Source: a virus. From it: a stretch of DNA of 64,000 bases. The translations under genes and the position numbers were made by a program. The stretch is from IMG/VR virus record IMGVR_UViG_3300037439_000038, positions 3,944 to 67,943 of that record. One strand, written 5' to 3'. The number at the start of each line of letters is the position of its first letter. The stretch's first letter is position 1. Shown here piece by piece: positions 1-9,441 of this stretch. The notes beneath the pieces are model-generated. The model worked only from the letters and a program-made list of their open reading frames with translations, searched no databases and was not told where the DNA came from.

Positions 1-214
1 AATTCTTTGGGCCACCTACGAATTCACGCCACTCCACAGCATATAGATAAGTTGTTCGTTTAAATATCATTTCTTAATCCTATACTCAATATCACTAAAA
101 TGCTCGTAGTCATACTGCTTGACTTGACCACTTGAAACTTCTGTTATCACAAGGGTTTTCGGCAATGGTGTGCTATAAGTTATCCATTGTCCATCTTTAG
201 GACCACCGATTAAC

Positions 215-457
215 TTAACCTTTGTGATAGCCATGGTGCTCCCTTATCATTTCACTTTTACATTCAGTCAAAGCCACTGTGATATCATCTATTTCAGCAC
301 GTTCAAAGTTGAAAAATTCTCCTGTCCTAAGATTGAGAGCAAATCCACAGTCATCAGTTGACGTAACAACCCAATGACCAGATTCGATTTTAGTAACATT
401 TCCGTGTAGCTTTCTAATTTTCATTGGGCCACAGCTTCTTTCGGAACTTTTTACCAT
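215..457 (-). CDS. hypothetical protein
   Basis: 80-aa ORF on the coding strand, overlapping the upstream gene; no recognisable motif. Confidence 0.5.
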   Translation of the reverse strand: MVKSSERSCGPMKIRKLHGNVTKIESGHWVVTSTDDCGFALNLRTGEFFNFERAEIDDITVALTECKSEMIREHHGYHKG

Positions 458-986
458 TAGGCTTTTCCATGCACCTACGCACTGTCATCAACACGTGTCG
501 ATCTGCGTCGCGAGCATGATCTAGTCCTCCAATAGATGTATAGACACCAAGATGCTTCAGGCGGGCATTGTCCAGTCGTTTTGCCATAGCAGCTTGTTGT
601 TTATGCAAAATACGACCCTTCATCCAAAGATGGTGCCTCGCAATAGCAATCAATTCAACAGGTGCTAGATCTACTGCAATTTGTTTAATCCAGAAATCCT
701 CAAAGATAATTACCGCACGAGACCATTGATCACAAAGCTCACGAATCTCTTTAGCTCCCTCATCAATTGGATTGCAATCAATATGTCCATGAAACCAACA
801 GACTTTACTTTCTAACACAGTCTCAACTGAGGTATCCAGTGCGTCAATTCCACCAATCACCTTGGGAAAAGCCAACATTGACCACCCTGTTGTTCCGCCC
901 GGGTCAAAAGCTAGTATGCTGTAGCATTTGTTGTTTGGGTAAACAATTTTGTTTGGAATTACCGGTCCAAGGTAAGTCATCACCAT
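414..986 (-). CDS. ruvC: RuvC-like Holliday junction resolvase
   Basis: N-terminal LAFDPGGTTGW (RNase H fold first acidic residue), central IIFE, C-terminal HARDA acidic motif; lies in replication cluster. Confidence 0.8.
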   Translation of the reverse strand: MVMTYLGPVIPNKIVYPNNKCYSILAFDPGGTTGWSMLAFPKVIGGIDALDTSVETVLESKVCWFHGHIDCNPIDEGAKEIRELCDQWSRAVIIFEDFWIKQIAVDLAPVELIAIARHHLWMKGRILHKQQAAMAKRLDNARLKHLGVYTSIGGLDHARDADRHVLMTVRRCMEKPNGKKFRKKLWPNEN

Positions 987-1327
987 TTACTCCAACTGGC
1001 GAAATCCTCTTCGTTTCTGCCGTGACTTTTCCTGATGTGAGCATAGAAATCATCAATTATTACTTGGGTTTCAGAAAGCGGCAGCTCACTTACCAATCCA
1101 GTTCTGTTTCCATCTGCACCGCAACTGTGACAATGCCAGAACCAAAGATTCGAATCTTCATCTGATTGAATTAGTTCGACATGTTTGTATGGATTATGAT
1201 CAAAACTCATTTCTTTCTCAGCTTTACATTTAGCAGGACAATCCAAACTGCTTGTGCAGCAATGATTCCCAACACCACAACACCTGACCAAGGAAATATC
1301 GGTAGTCCATAGCACTGCATCATTCAA
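980..1327 (-). CDS. hypothetical Cys/His-rich protein
   Basis: 115-aa ORF with CxxC-type motif (HCHSCG) and Cys-rich N-terminus; start may be internal. Confidence 0.5.
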   Translation of the reverse strand: MNDAVLWTTDISLVRCCGVGNHCCTSSLDCPAKCKAEKEMSFDHNPYKHVELIQSDEDSNLWFWHCHSCGADGNRTGLVSELPLSETQVIIDDFYAHIRKSHGRNEEDFASWSKW

Positions 1328-1559
1328 TCCCTAGCCTCTCATTCGAACGTTCAATTTCGTGAGGGATTGATGAGTTACGCATGATTGAAATAGCAAGTGC
1401 TAGACCTTCATATCGACCTTTATTCAGGGTGTGCTCTTTACCTGCGCCAATCTCGATAAGAATCTTTTCCATCTGTTTACGGCGTTTATCCATTTGGATT
1501 TCAAGACGTTCAATGATGCTGCGCCCCGGTTTAACTGAGTGCGTTGATTCTTTTCTCAT
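1320..1559 (-). CDS. hypothetical protein
   Basis: 79-aa ORF with overlapping start/stop junctions to neighbours. Confidence 0.6.
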   Translation of the reverse strand: MRKESTHSVKPGRSIIERLEIQMDKRRKQMEKILIEIGAGKEHTLNKGRYEGLALAISIMRNSSIPHEIERSNERLGIE

Positions 1560-1813
1560 TTCATAATTCCATTAACAGTAACAGAAGCTCTCTTTAAGGT
1601 GTCTGTGTTATTTTTGATACCGCCAAGATTGAACATAATAATCATCAACATGATATAAACTCCAGCATTCCAGTTGATAAAAGCTAACGCTATGAGAAGT
1701 CCTAGAAAGCTAAACCCAAATCCAATGAACGCAATTCGCTTGATGAGCAAAGAACGCTTAGCCTTTTTAACTGCTTTCTGTCGGGCTAGGGTTTCCTCGT
1801 TCACAACTTCCAT
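1556..1813 (-). CDS. membrane protein
   Basis: two hydrophobic segments (IAFIGFGFSFLGLLIALAFI; AGVYIMLMIIMFNLG) after a basic N-terminus. Confidence 0.65.
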   Translation of the reverse strand: MEVVNEETLARQKAVKKAKRSLLIKRIAFIGFGFSFLGLLIALAFINWNAGVYIMLMIIMFNLGGIKNNTDTLKRASVTVNGIMK

Positions 1814-1943
1814 TACTGTTCCCTTTCTCGATATGATCTGCTAGTTGGCGTAATACGTTGGGAATCTCTGACTTTGGCATCCCTGAGTAGGTGTAGTCAT
1901 AGATCGCAGGACTAACACCTTCAACAGTTAAGTTCAATTTCAC
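1767..1943 (-). CDS. small hypothetical protein (58 aa, below ORF-track cut-off)
   Basis: translated by hand: GTG start after GGAG, MKLNLTVEGVSPAIYDYTYSGMPKSEIPNVLRQLADHIEKG...; fills the gap between neighbours. Confidence 0.5.
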   Translation of the reverse strand: MKLNLTVEGVSPAIYDYTYSGMPKSEIPNVLRQLADHIEKGNSNGSCERGNPSPTESS

Positions 1944-2143
1944 AATGCTCTCCTAGCAATCTGTGAAAGGTCATCTCCGCGTAGCCATTTCGGCAATGGT
2001 GGAGTCTTACGCGGCTCGGGGCGGTGGTTAGGCACACAATGCGAGATCCGACCACTATGAGGACATTTGAACAGCTCTGCTTTTCCCTTGGCATCAAACA
2101 TAGCACCAATAGGCTTAGAACAACTAGAGCAACGATAATGCAT
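1940..2143 (-). CDS. small zinc-ribbon protein
   Basis: CSSC ... CPHSG motifs; start overlaps the upstream stop. Confidence 0.55.
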   Translation of the reverse strand: MHYRCSSCSKPIGAMFDAKGKAELFKCPHSGRISHCVPNHRPEPRKTPPLPKWLRGDDLSQIARRAL

Positions 2144-2427
2144 TACATTCCTTCCGGTGCTTTGAACGAAATCCCTTGTGCCTTAAGCTCATCCATCAAT
2201 TCTTTCAAAACTGGACCTTTATCTTTGATCTTCTGTTCACCAACCATAAACTCTTTCCACTTTATGATTACACAGTCTTGCTCATCGATAGTCTTTCTCT
2301 CCCAAGGAATATCAAATTGATTCAAAAGATCCATTATTGTAAGAGGTTGTCTTGCAAGCACTCTCATCATGGTCATTTGAGCAGGACTGATATTTCCTTC
2401 TTCTGGATTTAGCATTGGATGACTCAC
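2143..2427 (-). CDS. hypothetical protein
   Basis: 94-aa ORF starting directly after the DnaE stop, SD GGAG. Confidence 0.65.
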   Translation of the reverse strand: MSHPMLNPEEGNISPAQMTMMRVLARQPLTIMDLLNQFDIPWERKTIDEQDCVIIKWKEFMVGEQKIKDKGPVLKELMDELKAQGISFKAPEGM

Positions 2428-5400
2428 TTATTTCTCCTTAATAATAAACATTTCATCTGCTTGCAGACCTAACCCGCCCCAGTCACTTGTCTTTCCTTGT
2501 GCGACAACAACATCGCCTTTGGATAGATTTTCAATATCATTAGTATAGCTGGGATACTTCCATCGATTAACACCAATCCTAATTGTTTCTCCGTATTCAT
2601 CCTCCACATATAGAGCAACATACTTGATGAGATGATTGTCCTTCAATCTCTTTAGAGCATCACTGTACTCATCAATATTTTCACGCTTACACAACTGCTC
2701 TACTGCATCATAATATTTTTTCTTCTTCAAAACCCCTGTGTGACAAACAATCTGACCGTCTGGAACTATATCTATTGAATAGTGCGTAGGAGTTGGGCAT
2801 CCGAAAGGCAAAGAACGCCTTACCTTCTCAAGAGTCTTACGGGTATTTTGCACCCCAAATGGATCATCTGATTCTACAAAATCTACAATTTTTTGTATCG
2901 TCTTTTTGCCAATTCCCTTGACCTCAACCAAATCATCCCATTCAAGATCGCGAGTGTAAATTTCACCGCGCCAATCAATGATGGCTTGAGCGGTCTTAGG
3001 TCCAATTCCTTCAATAGCTTCAAGTCCTGCAACAATTGTAGGAACTCCACCAGCCTTGGCAAGAGTCCAATCATGACCGGAATGCATAATATCAGGAGGC
3101 AGAACCGCTATCCCCATCCGATCAGCTTCTTGAATAAACTTGGCACGCTTGTCGTTATCTTTACACTTAGTGAATTTTGCTCTGTAAAACGCAGCAGGAT
3201 AGTGAATCTTGAGCCACTGTTGCCAATACCCAATATGAGCATAGGATACGGAGTGTGCGATGTTGAACGCATAACCGGACGCACTAACCATACCGTCCCA
3301 TATTTTTCGTGCGGTATTTTCCGAAAGTCCGTGCGTCCCAGCACCTTTGATGAATCTCTCAAGATACTTGTTAAATTGCGTTGACCCAAGTTTATCATGG
3401 ATAATCTTTCTCATTCGGTTTAGTTCAGCAGGTTCAAAGCCACCCAAATCCCTTAGCACATAAAGGATCTGTTCTTCATACGTGAGCACTCCGTAAGTGT
3501 TAGGCCACTCAGTTGTGTAGTGACGAATAATATCGTGAGCGAATTCCGGTAGTTGTCCAGAGTTTTTATTAGAGATATACCCCTTGTCATTAGCACCAGG
3601 GCGGGATAGAGCATTGACATCTGCCAAGTGCATGAAAGTTGTTGGCTGGACTGCTTTTAGGATGCGCCTGGTGGTGATTCCTTCAAACTGAAAGATTCCC
3701 ATAATTTCACCGTCACGAAATGCTTGCAACGTTGGCTCATCATCTAGAGGAACCTGATATAGATCATCAACAAGAGAAATACCTGCATCTCTGCATATTT
3801 GGGCAATTTCTCCCATTGCTACCAGGGAAAGCAAGTCAACTTTGAGCAAGCCAAGGTAGGCAGCATCTCTTTTATCATATGGAATTGATTGTGCCACACG
3901 TCCTGTCGTAGAAAGTTCACGTTCATAGGTAGCACAAATTTCATCCAAAGATTTGGCATCCCCGCCTGCGATAACCATACCTGCAGCGTGAATGGAAAAA
4001 TTCTGTAGATCGCTTTCTAACTCTATTGCGTAGCGAAATTCTGGGGTTTCTTTAAACGCTTTTGCCACTTCGGGAAATGTGTTGACAGTATCCAATACTG
4101 AGTAGGCAAAGCGAGGATGACCCTCTTCTCTTTCGAGAAGTTTGCTTTTAACCCGATCCACTTTCCATGAGGGAATGTGATAGACCCTTGCAATGTCATC
4201 AATCGCAGATTTGCCCAAATACCTTTGAAAGTTAGCGATATTCGCAACCCTATCACTGCCGTATTTTCTTGCAGCATAATCGAATACCTCATCCCTTCTC
4301 TCATCTTCGAAATCTAGATCAATATCTGGTGGATCAGTTCGCGTTGGATCGAGAAACCTTTCGAAAAGCATAGGGAATTGCATTGAATCGATTTCGGTGA
4401 TCCGTAGGAGATAGCAAACCAAGCTCCCAGCTGCCGAACCTCTTCCTGGTCCAACCGCAATGCCCTGACTTTTGGCCCAGACCACCAGATCAGCGACAAT
4501 GAGGAAATAGTCAGCGAAACCTTCTCTCGCACAGATAGTTTCGTACTCATGCTTGATCCGTTCTTTATAAGCTTTCACGTTTGCGTGAATGTTTTTATTG
4601 TGTTTGACCCGATGATTCCAACCAATCGTAATCCATTCACGTAGAAGGTTTTCTGGCGATTCTACTCCGAATTTTGGTGGGCTTGACTTGGGTAACCGAA
4701 CTCCTGTGCAACGTCTAGCGATTTCCTCAGTTGCGAGTATGGCTTGTTTCGCATCATCTTCTGAGAGTCCTGTTCCTTTAAGATCTTTGAAGATTTCTGC
4801 ATCAGATTTTGGATATGTAAGTAGAATGTCATATTCCCACGAAGCATCAACAGTTTGCACATCTTTTCCGCGATCTGCAGCATGAAGAATCCTTTGAATC
4901 GCATTTTGCTCAGGGAGGGGATAATGCACATCGCTTGTAGCAACAAGGGGAACGCCTGTGTCCCTCGATATTTGGGCCAGTAACGGGTTAAGAACACAAG
5001 TACGCTCAAGCCCAGGAAATCGCTGAACTTCCAAGTAGTATCGATCGCCAAAAATCTTTTGAAACCTTCGTACTCCCCTAACAGCACGTTCATACGCCCC
5101 GTCAGAGGGTTGAAGTGATTTTTCACCGAAATACTTTCCACCCAACAGCGTACAAGATAATGCTGAGTCTGCGCACCCCGAAAGGGCAATGATCCCTTCA
5201 TTCCATTTAACCAAATCTTCCCAGTAAACAGTTGGGCTGTAATAGAATTGCTGCCAAGATTTCGTAACGATACGATTAATATTCTGCAAACCAAGCTGCG
5301 TCATGGCTAGCAAAATCATGTGAGTCTTAGATTGGATGCCGGGTTTACCGAAATAAATTTCAATTCCGAAAATTGGCTCTACGCCTGCCTTTTCGCACGC

Positions 5401-5556
5401 TTGCTCCAAAGCCACCCAACTAGACACATTTCCGTGCTCAGTAAGTGCCCCTGCTTTCATACCTAATTCAACCCAACGGGCGACATGTGCTTTTGGTTGC
5501 TTATGCCCATCTCCAGTTGAAAACGTTGAATGACTATGGAGCGAAACGTATCTCAT
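2428..5556 (-). CDS. dnaE: DNA polymerase III alpha subunit (DnaE-like, family C)
   Basis: PHP domain (HSHS, TEHGN, SDVHY), GPGRGSAAGSLVCYLL, FERFL, PDIDLDF, HAAG, LLKVDLL, YAFNIAHSVSY motifs. Confidence 0.97.
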   Translation of the reverse strand: MRYVSLHSHSTFSTGDGHKQPKAHVARWVELGMKAGALTEHGNVSSWVALEQACEKAGVEPIFGIEIYFGKPGIQSKTHMILLAMTQLGLQNINRIVTKSWQQFYYSPTVYWEDLVKWNEGIIALSGCADSALSCTLLGGKYFGEKSLQPSDGAYERAVRGVRRFQKIFGDRYYLEVQRFPGLERTCVLNPLLAQISRDTGVPLVATSDVHYPLPEQNAIQRILHAADRGKDVQTVDASWEYDILLTYPKSDAEIFKDLKGTGLSEDDAKQAILATEEIARRCTGVRLPKSSPPKFGVESPENLLREWITIGWNHRVKHNKNIHANVKAYKERIKHEYETICAREGFADYFLIVADLVVWAKSQGIAVGPGRGSAAGSLVCYLLRITEIDSMQFPMLFERFLDPTRTDPPDIDLDFEDERRDEVFDYAARKYGSDRVANIANFQRYLGKSAIDDIARVYHIPSWKVDRVKSKLLEREEGHPRFAYSVLDTVNTFPEVAKAFKETPEFRYAIELESDLQNFSIHAAGMVIAGGDAKSLDEICATYERELSTTGRVAQSIPYDKRDAAYLGLLKVDLLSLVAMGEIAQICRDAGISLVDDLYQVPLDDEPTLQAFRDGEIMGIFQFEGITTRRILKAVQPTTFMHLADVNALSRPGANDKGYISNKNSGQLPEFAHDIIRHYTTEWPNTYGVLTYEEQILYVLRDLGGFEPAELNRMRKIIHDKLGSTQFNKYLERFIKGAGTHGLSENTARKIWDGMVSASGYAFNIAHSVSYAHIGYWQQWLKIHYPAAFYRAKFTKCKDNDKRAKFIQEADRMGIAVLPPDIMHSGHDWTLAKAGGVPTIVAGLEAIEGIGPKTAQAIIDWRGEIYTRDLEWDDLVEVKGIGKKTIQKIVDFVESDDPFGVQNTRKTLEKVRRSLPFGCPTPTHYSIDIVPDGQIVCHTGVLKKKKYYDAVEQLCKRENIDEYSDALKRLKDNHLIKYVALYVEDEYGETIRIGVNRWKYPSYTNDIENLSKGDVVVAQGKTSDWGGLGLQADEMFIIKEK

Positions 5557-6167
5557 AATTTTATATATCCTTTTGATAGATATTCAGGGATTCCCTTAGC
5601 CCTTTCTGATTCCATCCATCCTAAAGCTATATTACAAGATCGGCAAACTAATCCACGAATACATTTTCCACAGCTAACACTCTTTTTATCACCCTTTTTA
5701 TATGGGCAACATTTGTGATCGTGGTCTAAATATAGAATTTTATCATCGGATCTACAAGCTATATTGGCGCATTTGAAGTCTTGGCTTATCAATATGTTTA
5801 TGTATTGAACTCTGGTTATATTAAAATCTGAAAGTTTTCGTATGCTTCCACTTTTTCTAAAAATAATATGTTCATATTCCTTTAGTATAAGTGAACACTT
5901 AGGGCATCTAAAAACATTACCTGTGTGTAAATCTGAGCCAGGAATTGAATAAACAAATTCGTTTTTACATTCATAACATTTAACTAATGGAAGAGGGGTT
6001 CCATGAATCATATTCATTCTTCGATGCTTTGGACAATATTTTTGATATGGTTGTGGTAATTTATCGCACCAGTCTATAGCACAGCCAACGTTATTATCGT
6101 CTAATTCTAAATCTTCCAAAAGCTCAGTATAAGTTAAGCTTTCAAGCAATTCTTCTGCTGTTGTCAT
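5553..6167 (-). CDS. endonuclease VII-like (His-Me finger) nuclease with N-terminal zinc fingers
   Basis: YLDHDHKCC...CGKCIRGLVCRSCNIALG matches recombination endonuclease VII / HNH family; extra CxxC pairs. Confidence 0.85.
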   Translation of the reverse strand: MTTAEELLESLTYTELLEDLELDDNNVGCAIDWCDKLPQPYQKYCPKHRRMNMIHGTPLPLVKCYECKNEFVYSIPGSDLHTGNVFRCPKCSLILKEYEHIIFRKSGSIRKLSDFNITRVQYINILISQDFKCANIACRSDDKILYLDHDHKCCPYKKGDKKSVSCGKCIRGLVCRSCNIALGWMESERAKGIPEYLSKGYIKL

Positions 6168-6209
6168 ATAATACTCATCCTTGGGTGAATAACGAATTCT
6201 TCACTGTTT

Positions 6210-6467
6210 TTAAAAATTTAGGAAAAACCCTATTAAAAGCGATCTATTTTCTTTGCTTATTGGCTCTTCTTTAAGAATTTTTCTAATTGCTCTTAGCTGA
6301 CTATGTCCTTGTTCTGTCAAGTCGATGATTCTAGATATCAAGCCCTGTACTAAATCTTTCTGGACTTGCTCTGATTCCAAATAGTTTTCATTGTTATCGT
6401 TGGTTAGTGATTTAATCATGATAAATTTCCCACTTCCGTTCAACTCGGCGGCGTTTGATTTTAACAT
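6210..6467 (-). CDS. hypothetical protein (AT-rich)
   Basis: 85-aa ORF in an AT-rich patch; start uncertain. Confidence 0.4.
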   Translation of the reverse strand: MLKSNAAELNGSGKFIMIKSLTNDNNENYLESEQVQKDLVQGLISRIIDLTEQGHSQLRAIRKILKEEPISKENRSLLIGFFLNF

Positions 6468-6720
6468 TTTTCCAATTTTGCCTACGCCTTACTTTTGCCA
6501 AATGTCTTGCGTCATCACGGTTTTCACATAATTCAAAATGTTTCTTACCTGGCCATTTTTCTTCATTTGCCCAGTCGTATTCAACTGCCCACTGCCATCG
6601 AAACATCTCTGGTAAAAGCCAAGACTTAACATTCGTTATTCGAATTGTTTTGAGTTTGTAGGGAAACCGACCACCATTGCCACCTCCCCCAGGATTCTCA
6701 CTTACCGTCTCAATACTCAT
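6412..6720 (-). CDS. hypothetical protein
   Basis: 102-aa ORF with ATGA overlap with upstream gene. Confidence 0.6.
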   Translation of the reverse strand: MSIETVSENPGGGGNGGRFPYKLKTIRITNVKSWLLPEMFRWQWAVEYDWANEEKWPGKKHFELCENRDDARHLAKVRRRQNWKNVKIKRRRVERKWEIYHD

Positions 6721-7253
6721 GCAAGCTTCCCGCCGTGTCTAAATGGCCTAGTGTAGTTGTAGGCGTGCTTTTGAATTGTGGCTTTTGCCAAAGGAACTGG
6801 TTTACCTGCGGCCTTTTGCGCTCCAACCCAATCAAAAATACGTATCAATATATCGGCAACTTCTGCAGTGATTCCTTCGGGTTTTGCAACTTCATTATCT
6901 GCTACAGGTGATGTAGATTTGCTTGGCCCGTAAGTAATTCGTGTTGCGTCATCACCATCACGATATGCCTCAAAGGCTTCTGAAATTTCACTAGTGAACA
7001 ACATGCAAAGTTCACCAAAATTGCGTTGCACCAGTTGAGATTTCGGTTCATCATCTGTTCCAAGCCATTCATACCAACCGTGAGCATCTGCATTGACAAA
7101 GCAGGCTTTGGCAAGGATTTCGAAAGCTAGCGCTATTGCTGCCTCTCCTGCTTCGGTGATCTTTCCATCCATGTTTACAAAAGCATAAGTGACGTCGTGA
7201 TTGGCACGTTCTTCGTCTGTCTCAGGAATCAATGCTTGGAGCTGCTTCATCAA
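6717..7253 (-). CDS. MazG-like nucleotide pyrophosphohydrolase
   Basis: SEISEAFEAYR...EGITAEVADILIRIFD acidic helix pattern of the MazG/all-alpha NTP-PPase family; H/KAY NxTRPFRHG tail. Confidence 0.8.
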   Translation of the reverse strand: MMKQLQALIPETDEERANHDVTYAFVNMDGKITEAGEAAIALAFEILAKACFVNADAHGWYEWLGTDDEPKSQLVQRNFGELCMLFTSEISEAFEAYRDGDDATRITYGPSKSTSPVADNEVAKPEGITAEVADILIRIFDWVGAQKAAGKPVPLAKATIQKHAYNYTRPFRHGGKLA

Positions 7254-7533
7254 TCTTTCCTTTCAAAAAGTCAGTGAACGGTATTGATACACGCTGCAAT
7301 TCGCGCAATGTTTGAAATTTTTTGTACTCATCCATGTCTGCATCTAGAACTCTTCGCAGATCTGCAAAAAATCCAAGTGCTTGTTTTGCGATAGTTACTG
7401 CTTCATTTTGTGCTTGTTGAATTTTTTCTTTGTTTTTGATAGCACCTTCCAAAAACTCTGAAATACCTTCTGGTGTAAGACTTTTTGCACCTGCAAACAC
7501 ATCAAGTGGTAAGGTGATCTGAATTTCGCTCAT
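7222..7533 (-). CDS. hypothetical protein
   Basis: 103-aa helical ORF in operon context. Confidence 0.6.
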   Translation of the reverse strand: MSEIQITLPLDVFAGAKSLTPEGISEFLEGAIKNKEKIQQAQNEAVTIAKQALGFFADLRRVLDADMDEYKKFQTLRELQRVSIPFTDFLKGKIDEAAPSIDS

Positions 7534-7784
7534 TCTTCTACCACCGTAATCTCTGCTTTATCTTGATAAAAGTCAACAAATTCAGTCAAACTACTACTTC
7601 CGTCCTTAAACCATTTAACATCTAATTCTGCTGCCTGTCGCTTGGATTTTGGAGCGTTCTTATCATCCTCATCATAATCAGCAAGATCTGGATCAATGGG
7701 GATTCTAATGTTGATGTAAAGGCTCATAAAAGCTCCTAAAGTCTCATAGTTATGGTTATAAAAATTGGGGGCAGGGCGAACCAT
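7530..7784 (-). CDS. hypothetical protein
   Basis: ORF in operon context; true start probably the internal Met (MSLYINI) after GGAG. Confidence 0.5.
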   Translation of the reverse strand: MVRPAPNFYNHNYETLGAFMSLYINIRIPIDPDLADYDEDDKNAPKSKRQAAELDVKWFKDGSSSLTEFVDFYQDKAEITVVEE

Positions 7785-7798
7785 ACCCCCAATTCCAG

Positions 7799-8431
7799 TT
7801 ATGACCAGGGATCATCACTGTCGTCTGAGTCATCTTCTGCTGCAACCTCTTCTGCTACCGCTTCTTCGGTAGTTGGATTTGAAGTGGTTTCCTCAGCAAA
7901 TTCACCCAATCCATCTGACGAATCCTCTTCTGGCGCTGGTTCTTCTGCACCCTGACCCTCTTGAGGAACCAAGAAACGATCAACTTGGGCATATTCGCCA
8001 TTCATTGATGTAACGAATACTACCGGCTTGCCAATTGGCTTGAAAGCTGGCTTACCGATATATTCGATCTGTGTTCCCAGATTCTTGATTTCCTCATCGC
8101 TAAGCTTGTAACCAAGCTTGTAATACCACTTTTTAATGAGTGCTGTTTGCTTTTCCGACCCATCTGTCATTGCCTTGAGGAATTGATTAAATGACCATGC
8201 GGCCTTTTTGATCATCGTGAACGAGGTAATAACACCAGCACCCTTGAATGGACCATCTGCAATCTCAAGTGCCACAACCCATTTGTCGGCACCTTCGTTC
8301 TCACCAGACTTAACCTTAGAAAGTCCCATGCGAGTAACCTTACCGCGATACGTTCCTGGCGTCGGAGGTGGTCCATCGTAAAAGCCAGATTCTTCATCTG
8401 ACCAGTCCTCTTGCGGCTTAATCAGTACCAT
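7799..8431 (-). CDS. single-stranded DNA-binding protein-like (DUF669-type)
   Basis: PPTPGTYRGKV N-terminal beta-rich domain plus long acidic tail ending DDPWS; adjacent to recombinase-like ATPase. Confidence 0.65.
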   Translation of the reverse strand: MVLIKPQEDWSDEESGFYDGPPPTPGTYRGKVTRMGLSKVKSGENEGADKWVVALEIADGPFKGAGVITSFTMIKKAAWSFNQFLKAMTDGSEKQTALIKKWYYKLGYKLSDEEIKNLGTQIEYIGKPAFKPIGKPVVFVTSMNGEYAQVDRFLVPQEGQGAEEPAPEEDSSDGLGEFAEETTSNPTTEEAVAEEVAAEDDSDDSDDPWS

Positions 8432-9256
8432 TTACTTACCTTTCATCTTTTCATTGGTTGATTCGATCCTTTGCCGAATCTGCTTGAGAGTAACGTTCTT
8501 TGTTTGTGCCCCAAGGACATTCAATCTATCACCTCCCTGCATCTTCCCTTCATCTTCCCATTGAATTACGTAGTCGAAAAGCTTTCGTCTGGTCTCAGGA
8601 TCAATCAATCTCTTGCGCTCTTTATTCAGACGTGGCTCTCGGTACATGTATCCATAGCTAGTAGTCATAGCTAGAATCTGTTGCGCCACCTTGTAACCGC
8701 CGGACTTTGCCCCACCTTGAATTTGAGGATAGAGAAATTCATTACCCTCTTTGTCCTCTTTTGTCATAACGTGAGCAAGGTATAAAACATTGACCGGCAA
8801 ATCATTTAGACGCTTTATGTACTCAACTAGCATAATTTGGTTACGTCCATAATCAGGCTGATCTGGAACGTAAAGATCACGACGGGAGTTCTTAGCATGA
8901 GCTTGATCTAGCACCCAACGCATTAGTACTCGATCTTGAAGAGTCGTAATTGTGTCTACTACAACCCACTTCAGATCAATAGTGTTATTGTGTTTGTCGG
9001 CATAATCTTCAAGCCAAACAACGTGTTTATCAAAGCTTTCCCATTTGGTGCAATCAACTTGTTTTACGTTGTTACCCAATGTATTTGATCGATTAGCAGA
9101 AATTGTACCATGCGCTTCTGTATTGAGAATAAGTACATCATCATCAGAAGCAGCTAGAGTTGTCTTACCCGCCTTGGGTTTTGAAAACACTAGGATTTTC
9201 GGATTCTTAACGATAGCATCTAAATCTACCGCATCGGGTGGAAATACGGCACTCAT
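8432..9256 (-). CDS. AAA ATPase, Sak4/AAA_24-like recombinase
   Basis: P-loop SKPKAGKTT, LILNTE, Walker B VVVDTIT, VLYLAH; sits between Cas4-like nuclease and SSB. Confidence 0.8.
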   Translation of the reverse strand: MSAVFPPDAVDLDAIVKNPKILVFSKPKAGKTTLAASDDDVLILNTEAHGTISANRSNTLGNNVKQVDCTKWESFDKHVVWLEDYADKHNNTIDLKWVVVDTITTLQDRVLMRWVLDQAHAKNSRRDLYVPDQPDYGRNQIMLVEYIKRLNDLPVNVLYLAHVMTKEDKEGNEFLYPQIQGGAKSGGYKVAQQILAMTTSYGYMYREPRLNKERKRLIDPETRRKLFDYVIQWEDEGKMQGGDRLNVLGAQTKNVTLKQIRQRIESTNEKMKGK

Positions 9257-9441
9257 TTAATCAACTCCAAAATCATGTGTGCAAATCTGCGTGTTCCATT
9301 GTTTGCATCCTTATCGGATTTTGTTTCCTGGCAAAGACTTTCAATACGTTCTAGCTTTTGCTCTAATTGCAGAGCATATTCTCGTAACTCATCCTTCTGC
9401 AATACGACGCTCCAATCCAACAGCATCAGCATAGACAGCAT
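9253..9441 (-). CDS. hypothetical coiled-coil protein
   Basis: short ORF overlapping both neighbours; start uncertain. Confidence 0.4.
   Translation of the reverse strand: MLSMLMLLDWSVVLQKDELREYALQLEQKLERIESLCQETKSDKDANNGTRRFAHMILELIK

Noticed and set aside
2428-5556. Intein or intron in DnaE (or in TerL at 55069..56709)
   Set aside because: Lengths and motif spacing are continuous, with no C...HN-C/S/T intein junction or frame break.
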